The notes below the pieces were generated by a model. That model was not told the DNA's origin. It did not search any database and saw only the letters and a program-made list of their open reading frames with translations. Made by a program: the position numbers and the translations under genes. Positions 11,023 to 24,587 of a stretch of DNA of 64,000 bases are shown one piece after another. The DNA is from Parasitella parasitica NRRL 2501 (lineage: Eukaryota > Fungi > Mucoromycota): the NCBI GenBank assembly GCA_025201805.1, contig MU619296.1, positions 62,001 through 126,000 of the forward strand, written 5' to 3'. How positions within the stretch are numbered: the first letter of the stretch is position 1; every line of letters starts with the position of its first letter.

Positions 11023-13330
11023 ATACGATCAATATATTGATGCGATGGATTGTTTAGTCGACTCCATGTGTTTGTATCAACTCAGAATATAAGGTGTTTT
11101 TTGTTGCGAAACAAAAACATCAAAAATTGCAAGAGCAAGTCCGTTTGTGATATGATAGAAAAGATGTTTTTAAAGCCTAATAACCTATATAGTTTGATGC
11201 AGAATTCAAAGGTTGACAAAAAACATTTAACAATGTTATATATATCGTACTAATATTAGCGCAAACATATTTCTGAGCTTGAATTTATAGCTGCGAATAC
11301 AGCCCTTTAACGGTGAAGCACCTATTTCAATTGAGGAGCAAAGCATGAACTTCATAAGCAATCTGGTTATGTCTTGATATGAATCAATAGCCAAGATGCT
11401 GTAAAATATAACTTAAAAAGCTATTTTTATGTAGCTTCATGTTTTGGTTAAATAAATGCCACCTAATCATGACCATCACCTTTTTCCCCGCTTAAAAGCG
11501 TAATCTACAATCTTTGATATCTTTAAACACTATTAAGTAATAGAGACACAACCTTCAGCCAAAATCATCTTTTTTTGCACAATTCTACAACATATTCGAG
11601 TTTCATGCATCTCTGATCATTTTTTAGGTTTTGTTATGTTTGGACCCCAAACCTCAGATTTGATTTTCAATTTTCGACTTTGAGTCGATCTTCAGGGTCA
11701 TTTTCAGGTACGGATTTGAGGTCCAAACTAAGGATACAGACTAATACTAGTATGATAACTGTACATTACTACGTCTTCCAATTTTCGATATCTATCTTTG
11801 CTGTCGAGATATTGCCAAAACTAGATTTTGCAGATTTTTGCAGATTTTACAGCATATGTTCCTATAACAAGTACCATATTTTGCAACTAAACCAAGTTTG
11901 GGTTCCTAAGTAAAGTGATAAAACACGTTTTAGTACAACTACTGGTAATAAACATGTCGTATTCAAGCTCGAATTCGACAAGCTTGGGCCAATTTTGTCT
12001 TTTTACGTTAAACTTTGTTCCCCTGTTTCTCAAAAAACTACTATGGCACTTTGGCTTGGGTGATTATTGAAATCTTATTGAAATCTGATTCTCTACTAGA
12101 TGTATTATTTTTTAGATAGATATGTCGAAAAAAATATTTTTTCATATGTTTTTGGCAGAGGCTTGGTTTATTTTCATAACTTTCAGAGCAATAAATGGCA
12201 CATAACGATACATAATATAGCAATAAAAAAATAGAGCTACAACATAGCTAACGAATGGTTTTTATTTGGTCAAAAAATACCAATTTCTGAGCGAGAAAAT
12301 CTCGATAAACGGAATTGATTTTTACCCTTTTGAATGGCTTCATTTTGGCCCTCCAAGTATAGGACCGGAAAATTGTAGATTCATTTTGGCCGAGACAAAA
12401 TTTTAATTTTTGGCAGATGTAATAAAGCTACGGTTGTAAACAAGATATTGATGTGTAGGTATTGACAGGATGGTTTGTTTGGTCAGCTTTATAAAGCTGA
12501 ATATGCTCAAAATATGCTTGATTTTACTCAAAAACTATCAAAAAAGACGTTTTTTGAATATTTGAAAATTCGTAATAAGAAAAGATATTTTTATAGCGTT
12601 TTAATTTATATGGCTGGATGCAGAATTTATTTTGTGGCATAAAACACTTAGCACGCATATTCGATATACCTATTACGTTTATGAGATATCTAGCAATGAA
12701 CTATGTGCGAAAAGCTCGAAATTGGTTTGGGTCAAATGGAAACAGAGTGCTGAGATTCAATCTACAGCCTTTTTTTTTCGCTGTAAATGAGTGCAACACC
12801 TATTTTCAATTGAAGAGCAAAGCATAATTCTAATAGGTGCCTTGCTTATGTTCCCATATGAATCGATAGCTTAGATACTGTATAATACAGACTCAAAAAT
12901 CATTTTTGTATAGCTTCATTTTTAGATGAAATAAATACCAAGAAATCTGAAATACTACCTCTTTCCCCGCTTAAAGGCTTAATTACAGTCTCTAATAACT
13001 TTAAAAGTTACTAAGCAATAGAGATATATAATCTTTAGCTAAAATATTTTTCTTTTGCACCATTCTACAGCATATCCGAGTCTCATATATCTCTGGCCAT
13101 TTTTCAGATTTTGCTAGGTTTGGACCCCAAAACCTCATATTCGATACTCAGTTTTCAACTTTGGGTCAACCTTCAGGGTATTTTTAGCTACGGATTTGGG
13201 TGTCAAGAAAAGTATACATCCTCTTATCAGTACGACAGCTGTATCTCTACACCACACTTTCCAAATATCAATATATATTTTATTTGTCGAGATACTGCCA
13301 AAACAAGATCTTGCAGATTTTATAGCATGT
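11023..13330. repeat. Diverged direct duplication of a non-coding element (copies ~11023-11860 and ~12440-13330), probably transposon-derived
   Basis: Collinear shared blocks offset by about 1.46-1.48 kb: cacctatt(t)tcaattga.gagcaaagcat, tttccccgcttaaa, tttggaccccaaa.cctca, cttcagggt, tacggatttg, gtcgagata.tgccaaaac.agat.ttgcagatttt. No credible ORF. Confidence 0.75.
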
Positions 13331-14634
13331 TATGCAGATAATGATTGATCAAGTAGTCTTATGTCTATAAAAGTCTCCAGTTGTGTATTTGGAGCTTTAC
13401 TCAGAAAGTCTTTATCACGTTAAAATAACAAATTTGCACAACATTTTGCTGTGCGCTTTATATTGGGAAAACGGAGATGCTCTTCCATATACAAAGAGAA
13501 CCTATTCCAAATTATAAGTGAAAACGGACGTTCTTGATATGAATTACTGGCAGTCTTTCACACATCATATTGAATTAGTAAAGCATATCTTAGTTCTTGA
13601 CTAAGATCCTGATAATAAAGCATTAATAATAAGCTGCCATAATGTAGGATAGGAGATCATGATAATGTACTTGAATTAAAGATTGGAGATTGTACAATGA
13701 GGTGTTGTTAGTACTTGTCGAAACAGGAGAATAAAGTCTTTGTTTCAAATCAAGACAGATCTGTATGATTGACAAACATTAAGGTACTGTCAGATCAAAG
13801 ATCAATAGCCTTGTAGTATAATAATATACATCGTACCCTGTTAAGAATATGATGTTGCTTGCAAATTACTCTTATCGATTAGTATTGACTAATATTTTAA
13901 ATAGGTCACCAGAAATTTATGTAGTTGTAAAAATTATAAATGGCAGATGCAAAGTTGAGTTTTTAATAAAGTAATCTCAAGTTTTCGTATCTCGTTAATT
14001 CAACGTTTTATATTACACTTTTCTTATTTTCGATCTTGCAGATCTCAACACTTTATTTTTTTCGGTATAAAAACTGACGTCAATCACTTTGAATATAAAC
14101 CATTAAAAATAGCGTATCTTGCGCTCGTAGTATTTATAAAGTAAATGTATCTTCCTTTTTATTCACCTGAGAGCTGAATCCTATTGAGCTATTTTGGTCA
14201 ATAATTCAAGAAAAAATGAAATCTCATTGTATAAAATGGCTGTTGTCTAGAATTGCTAATGCTTGTAATGAATTCTCATTAGTAATCTTCATGAAGAAAC
14301 AAATATTACTGTTTAACGCCAATTCTATATCTTTTCGTAAGGGAGTCAATGCTCCAGATTTTATTTCAAGTCGTTCAAAATCTAATCGAACTTGAAACGA
14401 CTCGCGAAATATTATTTTTGCATCATGGTGTAACATAGTCTAAAATATGTAAAAAAAAAATCTCCTTTTGTACAGAAAGATAACATGGTGATAATATCCT
14501 CTTTTGCAGTCGATATGAATATACCTAATTCATTTTGAAATAGTTTGTATTGAAATATCTTTTTATAAAATGTCAAAAAAAAAAAAAAAAACCACTCCTC
14601 CTAGCAGTTCTGGATTGCACTCCCTTCTTCAATC

Positions 14635-16484
14635 ATGCTTTTATACGTGGTATATTTGTTGGTTTTGATTAATATTCAGTCAATTGTTGCACAAAAGACT
14701 TCTTATGCGAGCCAATCCAACTTGAATGTGCGTCATTATGAATTCAATATCACCCAGAAATCCATCAATCCAGACTGCTCAGATCATGTATCTCCCGTAT
14801 TTCTGATCAATGGCCAAATGCCCGGCCCTACCATCAACGCAGTTCAAGGCGACGTCGTTCGTGTCTTGATCAGAAACCAATTGGCTCCTATGCCTAGACA
14901 AGACGACCACAGACACAATGTGGCCATCCATTTTCATGGCATTAGGCAGTACGGCTCCGTGCACTCTGATGGCGTCCCCTATCTGACCCAAATGCCAATC
15001 AAGCCAGGCGAAGAATATGTGCATGAATTCAGAATAGTCAATCAAGCCGGAACGTACTTTTACCATGCTCATGTTGGTCTGCAAGAAGAAACCGTGTTTG
15101 GCCCAATTGTCGTGTATGAATCGAAGCATGCGGATCCGGAGAATAATAGAGCAGCATCATCTTTGCTGAAGGCTGGTACTTACACGTACCACGATGAGCG
15201 CACAATCTTGCTGAGCGAATGGTGGCATAGGCCTCACATGGAGTTTGAGAAGTTTCTGATGGGCCCCAAGTTTAACTTTATTCCAGAGGCTGACAGCATT
15301 TTGATCAACGGCCATACGCTTCACGACTTTAGAAAGGCAACGGTCGCACAGTGCGGAGGGTATGAACTAGTGCCAGTGCAGCCTAATAAAATATATCGCT
15401 TGCGTGTGATTGGTGCTACAGCGTTCCGAACACTCGGCTTTGCGATTGCTCGCCATAATCTGACAATCATTGAGGTGGATGGCGAGCTAACAAAGCCATA
15501 CACCGTAAATCAGCTAGAAGTAGCCCCAGGCCAACGGTTCTCTGTTTTATTGTACACGGACCAAGCATTGGACGATTACAGCATCCAGGTTGTTCGTCGC
15601 TGGTCTGATAATGTTGCAAGACCAACAAACGGACTGGCTATCCTGCAATACCCTCAACCTTCAGCAAGAACTAACGAAACTGAGTCTAGAGGCATCGTTA
15701 GAATCAAAAAGCCCGTTGTGCTCGAACCCCCTCTTATCAAGGCCCAATTTGAGAAGCCTGAAGATGAAGTGCCGTACTGGCGCTGGTCTGATATCGAGCC
15801 GCTTTATGGCGTTGACCCAGTCGTCTACAGACCAGCTACCAGGACAATCAAGCTTCGCAGCGTAGATCAGCGCATGCCAGACAACACTACCAGATGGCTC
15901 GTCAACGGCGTTGCGTTTTCTGAAGAGCACAGCAAAGACTCGCCCATTTTGCATGATATCAAGAGCAATCGCCGCCAACTGCCTGGCTTTTATGATACGA
16001 TTACCAAAGATGGCTACGACCGCAATCTGGGCACGTACCCCATCAGCCATTTTGACATTGTCGACATTGTCATCCAGACAACTCACAAGCCTGGAGAGCC
16101 CTGTCGCAGCCATCCATGGCACACTCACGGTCATTCTCATTGGGAAATCGCGCATGGAAAAGGCGAATACGTCCATGAAAGAGACGCCGATATCCAAAAC
16201 GTCAAGACCCCTCTACAGAAAGACATCACCATGATTTATCCTTCCATTGACACTGATTTATTCGGGGATGATACTCCTGTTGGATGCGGATGGTCAAAGA
16301 TTAGATTGGTTGCGGTATGTGTGTTTATATGCTGTGCTATCATGCAAACAAAAGTTCAACTGCTACTATATAGGACAATCCTGGCGTTTGGGCCGTCCAC
16401 TGCCACAACACTGTCCATATGCTGATGGGTATGATGGTTGCTTTGGAAGAAGCTCCTGAGCTGATTCCAAGATACTCAAACTAG
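14635..16484 (+). CDS. Secreted multicopper oxidase (ascorbate oxidase/laccase-like); exons 14635-16314, 16374-16484
   Basis: Signal peptide and all four Cu-binding motifs: HFHG, FYHAH, HPWHTHG, and after splicing ADNPGVWAVHCHNTVHMLMGM (axial Met). No C-terminal TM helix. Confidence 0.93.
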
Positions 16485-16566
16485 GTACAAAATTACTTGG
16501 ATGATTCAGTGTCTAATGAGCCCCGTATTGCTTTTATTACTTTAACCATATTATACTACTACTTGG

Positions 16567-16649
16567 TTATTGGCCACCACGAAGAGCCAATACTAAATGG
16601 AGAACGGAACCACCTTCAATGTTGTATTGAGCTGTTGTTTTGTTATCCT

Positions 16650-16685
<36 letters not shown>

Positions 16686-16990
16686 GGTTTTTTTTTTTTC
16701 TATGCAGTCTTTTCTTACATTTGCTTTCCACTAAAAATCAAACGCTGCTGTGGAGGAGGAATGCCTTCTTTCTCCTCTACTAATTGCTTGATGCGAGAGA
16801 TATTTTCATTGGCTTCAATATCAATTTCAATCTATATATCAAATAATTTATGAGACTGAACCACCTTTGAGTTCGCATGCCCTGCTACCTCTTTGCCAGT
16901 TAATGTCTGAAAATTCATAGCATGTATCAGTATAAATTTACGAGATTTTGAGAAAAAATGGTTTTCACTTACCCTAACTTTGATTTGCAT
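16567..16990 (-). CDS. NEDD8: NEDD8/Rub1 ubiquitin-like protein, 77 aa (exons 16990-16973, 16906-16889, 16831-16719, 16651-16567)
   Basis: Spliced translation [77 protein letters not shown]. Ala72 and the EEKEGIPP motif are NEDD8 signatures. Confidence 0.95.
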
Positions 16991-17430
16991 TTTTTTTTTA
17001 AAAATCTATCCACTGAGGGAGGGAAAAAAAAAAAAAAGGTATTTCTCTGATTGTTTTGCGCGCGTGTTTATCGTCGTCAGGTCGTATTCGCTGCCGATAT
17101 CATTTAATTGGATGCAGGCTTCCACGTACAACTCCAAAACCTAATAAAGAAGTGTTTTGGACATTATTGCAGCAACATTTTCGTTTGCTTTGAAAACAGC
17201 AAGAATATAGACATGTAGCAAAATTGCTCTAAAACACCCTGATAATAAGAAACTACAACTAGCCCAAGTTTCCAAACATATTTAATTCTTTTAAAAATGC
17301 AAATTGACCCATGCGGCTGCTGCCTTGTGGTGCAAATTACTGTTGCTGCTATGATATTGACATTGTTTTATTTATACTACTACTTGATTACACGTTTTGA
17401 TTTACATGAAGGGAGTACGCAGACATACAA

Positions 17431-20400
17431 TTAATCCAAATATCCTTGGTCAGGGTCTTGAATTACTTGATCGTCATTGTCGTTTGGATTGTTTTCGAAA
17501 CCTTGGTGCTGACCCTGCAATTGGATCCTGCTGTGTTGGCTAGAGAAACCAGGTTAGAACCGATGTTGACACGTTATTCGGCACACTTACTTGTGGTCCT
17601 TTGAGACACGATAATACTGCCCAAGAATATTATCACGAGAAAGATACTCAACAAACTCTTCGTCGTGGGTAATGATGATAAATTGGAAATTGGATTGTTG
17701 ACTTCGATTCTTGATAATTCTGTATATTCACCAGCAATGAGTTTTGATAAAGCATGAGCTACTCGAATCTTTTGTTTACCTTCCTAGGTTCTCTGCCAAA
17801 CTCTCAATATTTGCACGATCCAAATTCGTTGTTGGCTCATCCAGTGTAAAGATACCACAGTTTACGCAAAAGGTTTCGGCAAGCGCAAGCCGAATGATGA
17901 TTGCAGCCAGCACTTTTTGTCCAGCACTACATCTGCCTCTCATGTTTAGCTCTGACCCATTCTGTATCATCACCACCTAGTCGTACAAACGCATTAGATA
18001 CGTATTTCGCGCGTAACAAATGCCAAATTTTACCCGATAATTAAACGACCTAGCTGTAGTTGTGCCTTCATTGTCGGCGCGTATCTCAATATAGTCAATA
18101 TCTACATTCTATGTTTGTCACAGCAATGGTAGGCCAATAGTGAAAAAACGTACCTCCCCCTTTGTAAGTGTCTACCCACAATTCTTTGATAAGCTTATTC
18201 AGATCTTGCATCTTCAACGAGTGATATTTCATAATGGCTGTTTGTAAGACCCTGCTATACTTTTCTAGATCTTCGCTTGCGAGTTCTTTTGTCTTTACAT
18301 CAATGTACAGTTTGCCGTAACGACTATCCACATTTGCGTAGTCTGTTCTTAATTCGTGGTCATATCGCCGTGATTGATCTCGCATCTGCACAATTTCACC
18401 ACGAATGCTGCCACGCTACCACAGCTCTGAGTAAATGTATATACATTTATATACGTGGATTGTTCATATTCACTTACCTTGTCAACTAGATCAGACTGTT
18501 CGTTACGAGCACGCTGCAGCTCTGCCTGTAACGCAGTAACATCCACTTGGTTCTGTCTTTGATTTGCGCAAGCCAACTCTTGCTCACATTTTGCAAGCTG
18601 ATCTTTCATATCACGGTATTTGATCTGGTCCTGTAGATCACGTTCGATGCCTCGTCGCTCCGCCTCATCTTTTTCGATGATGGCAAGTTTTTCATTAATG
18701 TTTGCTATCTGGCGTTTGATATCTGCTGTCGATTTGTTCAAGTCTGTCATTTCCTGCTTAAGAGCATCTACTTTTTCAGTGCTTGCCGCTGCCTTGCTCC
18801 TTTTTTTTTTTTTTTCGTACACATGTACAATGTTAAGATGAATGAAAGAAAGAAATCGGTGGACATGTTTGCAAACACTTACTTTCTAATGCTTGTGTTG
18901 TAATCGGAAAGACGCTCAGCAAAGACAGACATCTTGTGCTCTTCCATAGACGCCTTTTCCTCAATAGCGCGCCAACTCTTGACAGCGTCATCGTATGCTT
19001 TAGATGCCTGTAGTATCTTTTCTTTCAGCGGTTCGGTATTGTTTTCGGTCTTGTCATATTCGTCTCGACTGCTCATCTTTTGCTCCCGTAACTCCTCTAA
19101 TTGAATCTCTAAACCGACCTTGAAGTCTCTTTCATGTTCCAAGCCGAGGAGTTTCTGCTTGGATTCGCTCAGTGCACGCTCAGTTGATTGTCTTTTACGA
19201 TTATAAACGTCCATGTTGGCATGAATTCGCTTCATTTCACGTCTCACTGTTCTGCTTCGTTCTGTAAGTTCCTCTAGCTCTTTCATCACATCGTCCGAAG
19301 TACGAGTAGAGCCAGACTCTTCCAATTCCCTCTCAATGTCCAGGGCGTCGTGATTCAAAGATTCAACTTCTCTATTCAAGTTGCTGACATTGCGCGCAAT
19401 AAGCAAAAGAGTGTCTGCCTTGATTTTGCAATTATCGACCTCTGCCAGTTCAGTAGCCGCCTAAGGAAATTTTATTTTTTAGTGATTACCTGCAAGGATT
19501 GTTCATCTTGCTGCTACCCACAATACGAGCTTTATTGGTGCAGTTTTCTTTCTCAGCGCCAAAAGCATCCATAGTTTCCTTGATGCTTGTCAAGTCCTTG
19601 TTCAAACTTTCCAACTTGATCCAAGTGCTTTGAGCGCTCAAGAGCTTTGTTCTTTTGCTTTCAATCTCTTTCAACTGCTCTTTCATTTTATTGAGTCTAT
19701 TTGGTATAAAGTCTTGCATTTGTTTCAGCTGTCAGTCAAAGATGAGTCATCGGCAGGCATCCTCTTTGTTGCGAATAACATACCTGGTTTTGAAAGGACT
19801 CAATCTCGTCATTAGATGCGAAATCTCTTGTACATAATGGACAACAGCCGCTTTCGCTCTCGGTTTTACGGAACTTTTGATAAACTATATGAGCGCCTTC
19901 CATCTGAGCAATTTTACTAGCAAATGCGTACCATTGATTATTGGGGGGAATAAACATGTACATTTTCATCTAGAAGCTTACGTTGTCCACTGATCTTGCT
20001 TTTTCTCGGCGGCTGCGAGTTCTTGAGGTAGATTCCTGTCCCCACAAACCTTTTCAATGAGACTTTTGTATTCTACAGCATTCAGAAATCAACATCATAC
20101 TTTACAAATGTAAGCAATGGAACCACCTACTGTCAGCTTCCTTTTTTTGCTTGGTATAATTTTGCTTCACCATGTTGAGCTTGGCCTCAGAAGCTGATAA
20201 TTCACGGGTAGCTTTGTTACGGGTTTCTATAGAAGATGCCAGCTCCTTTTCTTTTTTACTGACAGAAATCATCAGACTTTGGGTTTGCTATTATATGTTG
20301 CGGGATATGTTGAGGCTTACGTTTTATAGATGTCAAGTTCTTTCTCGAGGTTTTCCATGCTCGGCCTTGTGCCTAGCAACTCTTGAATATCGTTGATATG

Positions 20401-22388
20401 ATCATTATAACTGCATGTTGGGTTTAGGTTTCCGTGATATTATGTACTTGAAAAAAAAAAAAAAATTAAACCTCACATCTTACTCAACGTGGTCGCCTTG
20501 ACCTCCTTTTCTGAACGCTTCAATGACAGCTTGGCTCTTGAATCGCTTTGTTTGCTCAGTCTAGCCGATTCATCATTCAAATCACTAATTTTGTCGTCTA
20601 CAATTCTCAGTTCGCGCTCTTTCTCATCAAGAACGTTTTGGCCTAAAGTAGCGGCTTCGGCATCGATGTCGGCAAGCTTCTTTTTCTAGATAAACAAAGT
20701 GATTTTTGTTCAGTAGTTTCCTATATATTTATATATATATATATATATAAATGGATCGGCAACTTACATATTCCTCTATTTTCGCTTTTACCGAGTCTAT
20801 TTGTATATCAGACACTTGGTATCCCTTGATCTTTCGTGCTACTACATCGATTTGGATGTCGTATTGTTCCTGAACGCTGTCATTAAATACAAGAGGTAGG
20901 ATTGCTATAAAAAGGCGACTTACAATACGTTTCTTCATGTGCTTTTTGTTCTCTTCAATGGACATTTTCTGGCTCTTGAGCAGTTGCAATTCATCAGACA
21001 GCGTATTCTGGTCTGACATGGCGTCGTCCTTTAGCTTTTCATTGTTGGTAGCAGTGTCTTGCAACAGTTCTTTCACAGCTTCGGCAGAGGCGTCACCATC
21101 GTCCACAGGAAGGTTCATGTCTCTCTCCTGATTCATGTTTTCGATCAACTCTGATCGTTTCTGAAGTTGTCGTAAATACTCATCGCGTGCTGCCTCCAGT
21201 CTACCCATAGCTGTCTGTTTGAGAGACAACTGCTGCTGGATCCTCTTTAGCTTTGTCTCCAATTCAGACCTGGTCAAGGTAACTGTCGATTTCTCTTGCT
21301 GGTTTTTTCCTTCCTTGATGCGGTGTTCTTCCAAAAGGTGCTGCAATTGTTGTGTCGATTCTGGGCGAGGCTCGATATGCACTTCTATGGATCTCATGGT
21401 AGATGTAAAGAAATCTTGCTGGTTTATCAATTGACGAATCTTGTCATGAGCCTCTTGATTTTCGCCCAGCAAAGCGTTGAGTCTGCTGATTTCGGCCTCG
21501 ATTTCTGCAAGCTTGATTTCAACGGTTTGTAATGTTTCGTTTTTAGCTGCCATTTGCTGGTTTATTTCTGTGAGGTTGCTACGGATCCGCTTGGCCTTCT
21601 TGGTATCGTTTTGCAGTGCGTCCAATTGAACGTTGCCGACTTTTATCTCGGCGGCTGCTTCTTTTCGAATCTCCTTGATGTTATCCAAGGCAACGGCAAA
21701 TCGTTTGGATGAGAAGATGTCGTCAAATTTCTTTTTGAGGACGCTGGATTCAGACAGAGGCCAATTGCTGTCTTCTTGATGGCAGAAAATGACGTTGTCG
21801 AGGATGGCCTTGGGAACGCCCAAGTGGAGAGGCAGTTCCGAGTCCATGTCTGCACAACGACTGGTGATACTGAAGGCCTCGCCTGTTACTGAATCGTATC
21901 TTAACAGGGCGTTATCTATGGATTTCTGAGCAATGCTTGATTTCTTTTGGGTGACAGCCAGAGAGCGACTGCAGACCATTTTTTCGCCATTAATGTTGTA
22001 AAACTTGAGCTTGATTTGAGCTTTTACCTCATTGATGCCTGCGATCTGTGCAAACAGCAATTTTCAGTCTAGTGTTTGGACGCATTATTTTATGCAATGT
22101 ACGCTACCTTTGGATCATTTACAAAGGCACCTCCTTTACTGTTTGGCGGTAGATCTCCAGTGCAGGCGTATCGAAGGCTTTCAATGATGGTCTATTATGG
22201 ATTTGGTAGCAAAGAAGATCAGCTGCTTTGTGTGTCAGTTTACAAAGGGAGAATTGACTACGTACGGTTTTGCCAGCTCCATTTGAGCCGACAATCAATG
22301 TCAATGGAGAAAAGAACTTGATGTAGCATGGCTCGTCAGGGCTGAAAGAGCGAATGCCCAGCACCGCCATACTTTGAAGATGGGACAT
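17431..22388 (-). CDS. RAD50: DNA repair protein RAD50 (multi-exon)
   Basis: GIRSF, Walker [10 protein letters not shown]-loop [13 protein letters not shown], long coiled coil, zinc hook CPLC, signature [19 protein letters not shown] and IITHDEEF. Confidence 0.97.
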
Positions 22389-22575
22389 TGCTTGGCAGTA
22401 TTACTATTATTACTATTTGAAATCAATCAGAAAGAAAGCAAAACAAATCTTTTTTTTTTTAGGAATCGCGTTTATTTCAGTTTTCGGGTTCAACATGAAA
22501 AGGCTTAGTCCCGCTGTTGCTCGCAGGAATTTTGACCACAAACAATGATATATCTCGCTGAAAAATAAACTAGTA

Positions 22576-24342
22576 TTACTGCTGCGGTTTTGATCGATTA
22601 TGTCCATTGCCACTGCCTCCACTGCCTCCACCGCCTCCACCGCCTCGGCCCCTTCCACGCCAATTATTGGATCTATTGCTGTTGCTTTTTTGATGCTGAG
22701 GCTGGTGCTGCTGCTGCTGCTGCTCTCCATTGCCTTGCTGCTGCTGCTGCTGACGGGTAGCCAACGCTTGCTGACGGTCAGGTTGCTGTACCTGAGCATC
22801 TTCCAGTGCATTAGGAGCAACGTACAGACTTTTATCAATGACAGGCGGAATAGGCTGAATTTCCGTGTTCAATTCTTGCTCAATCTTGTACAAATTAAAT
22901 CTGTCCTCGTACGTTATCAGGTTGATGGCCAGACCCAGATGGCCAAATCTGCCAGAACGACCGATGCGATGCAAATACGTCTCTGCATTTTTAGGGAAAT
23001 CAAAGTTGATGACTACGTTGACCGCTTGGATATCAATGCCACGAGTCAATAAATCAGAACACACCAAGTTTCGACAGACGCCGTTTCTAAAGTCATGGAA
23101 TACACGGTTACGATGGCTTTGCAGCATCTTGGCATGCGAATAAAAGCACGAATAGCCCAACTCTGTAATCTTTTTGGCCAGCAATTCTACACGATTTGTC
23201 GAATTACAAAAAATGATGGATTGGTTGATTTGCAACTGGGGCAGCGTAAACGTGTTAAATGACGGCTGTATGATGGGAGCAGTGAGCAGCTTCTACGTAC
23301 CTTTGAGAATAATGTGTTTAAGCAGTGCACTTTTTGCTTTTCTTCTACATAGGCATAGTACTGTGTGACACCACGGAGAGTCAGCTCATCCATCAGATTG
23401 ATCTCGTACGGCTTCACCAGGAATTTTTCTTTAAATGTCTTTACAATGAGTGGAAACGTAGCACTAAAAAGCATAATTTGTCTATCTTTGGGAAAGTGGT
23501 TGATGAGCTGCTCAATGATGGGTGTGAATTCGGGTGACAAGAGTTTGTCTGCTTCGTCCATGACAAACGTGGATGCCTCGCTAAAGTCGGCCACGCCTTT
23601 CGACGCAAGATCAAGGATACGACCTGGCGTACCCACCACCACATGCACTGGCTCGTTAAGACGCATAATATCATCCTTTAAGGTTGTACCACCTGTTGTG
23701 ACCATAATTTGAAGGCCAAGGTGTTTGCCCAGGTTTTTGCAAACTTGCGATGTCTGCAAAGCCAATTCACGAGTGGGGACTAGCAGCAGTGCTTGGATCT
23801 TGTTCTTTTTGTTGTTGATTTTCTCCAGCGTTGGGATCACGAAAGCGGCTGTTTTTCCAGTGCCGTTTTTTGCTCTTGCTAATATGTCACGACCAGTTAA
23901 TGCAATGGGTATAGCTTCTTCTTGAATAGGCGACGGTCTCTCGAACCCTGCCTCGAAAATGCCCATCAGTAGCTCTCTTTTCAGGTAGTAGTCTTCAAAC
24001 TCGTTTCCCTTTGTTGCAGTTACGTCCTACACAAAACACGGTTTGTTTGTTACGTTTTACATCTCCTTAAAACTGTATCATTTCTTTGTCTGGTTTCTTT
24101 TTGGTTCCTTTTTTTACCTCTGTCTGTGGTCTGACGTCTTTGGCTGGAAGGACGAGCGATTTCTTCCAGTTGTCATTTTCATGGCTATTTTTTTTTTTTT
24201 CGAATGGTACATTTAGACATCTTGGCCATGTTGATTTCCACCACATAGACACACACACACACTCTCTCTCTCTCTCTTTCCCTTACTCTCTATCTCCTTC
24301 CGCTTTTTTTTTTTTTTTCTTTTACCTTAAATTTGATGACAT
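22576..24342 (-). CDS. DHH1: DEAD-box RNA helicase Dhh1/DDX6 (multi-exon)
   Basis: [59 protein letters not shown]-terminal polyQ and RGG tail. Confidence 0.97.
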
Positions 24343-24587
24343 TATGTATAGTTGATTGTTTTCACGAGTCTTGTCTTGTATAAATTAGTTAGCTTGGCGT
24401 TTCCTTTTCTTGTTTTGCTGTTGCTAATGATAACAGGTACAAGTTTGGTTTTAGTTATTATGCTCAAGATAAATGTTTTATTCGAACAAGAGAGAAAAAG
24501 AGGGAAAAAAGGGGGTAGAAATAGAAATGGAAAATATTATAGTGTGTACGCTACTTTGACGGTAAATGGATAATCCGGGGCATTGCA

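Noticed and set aside
16497-16853. 118 aa plus-strand poly-Phe ORF
   Set aside because: Antisense shadow of NEDD8. The poly-F comes from intronic homopolymers.
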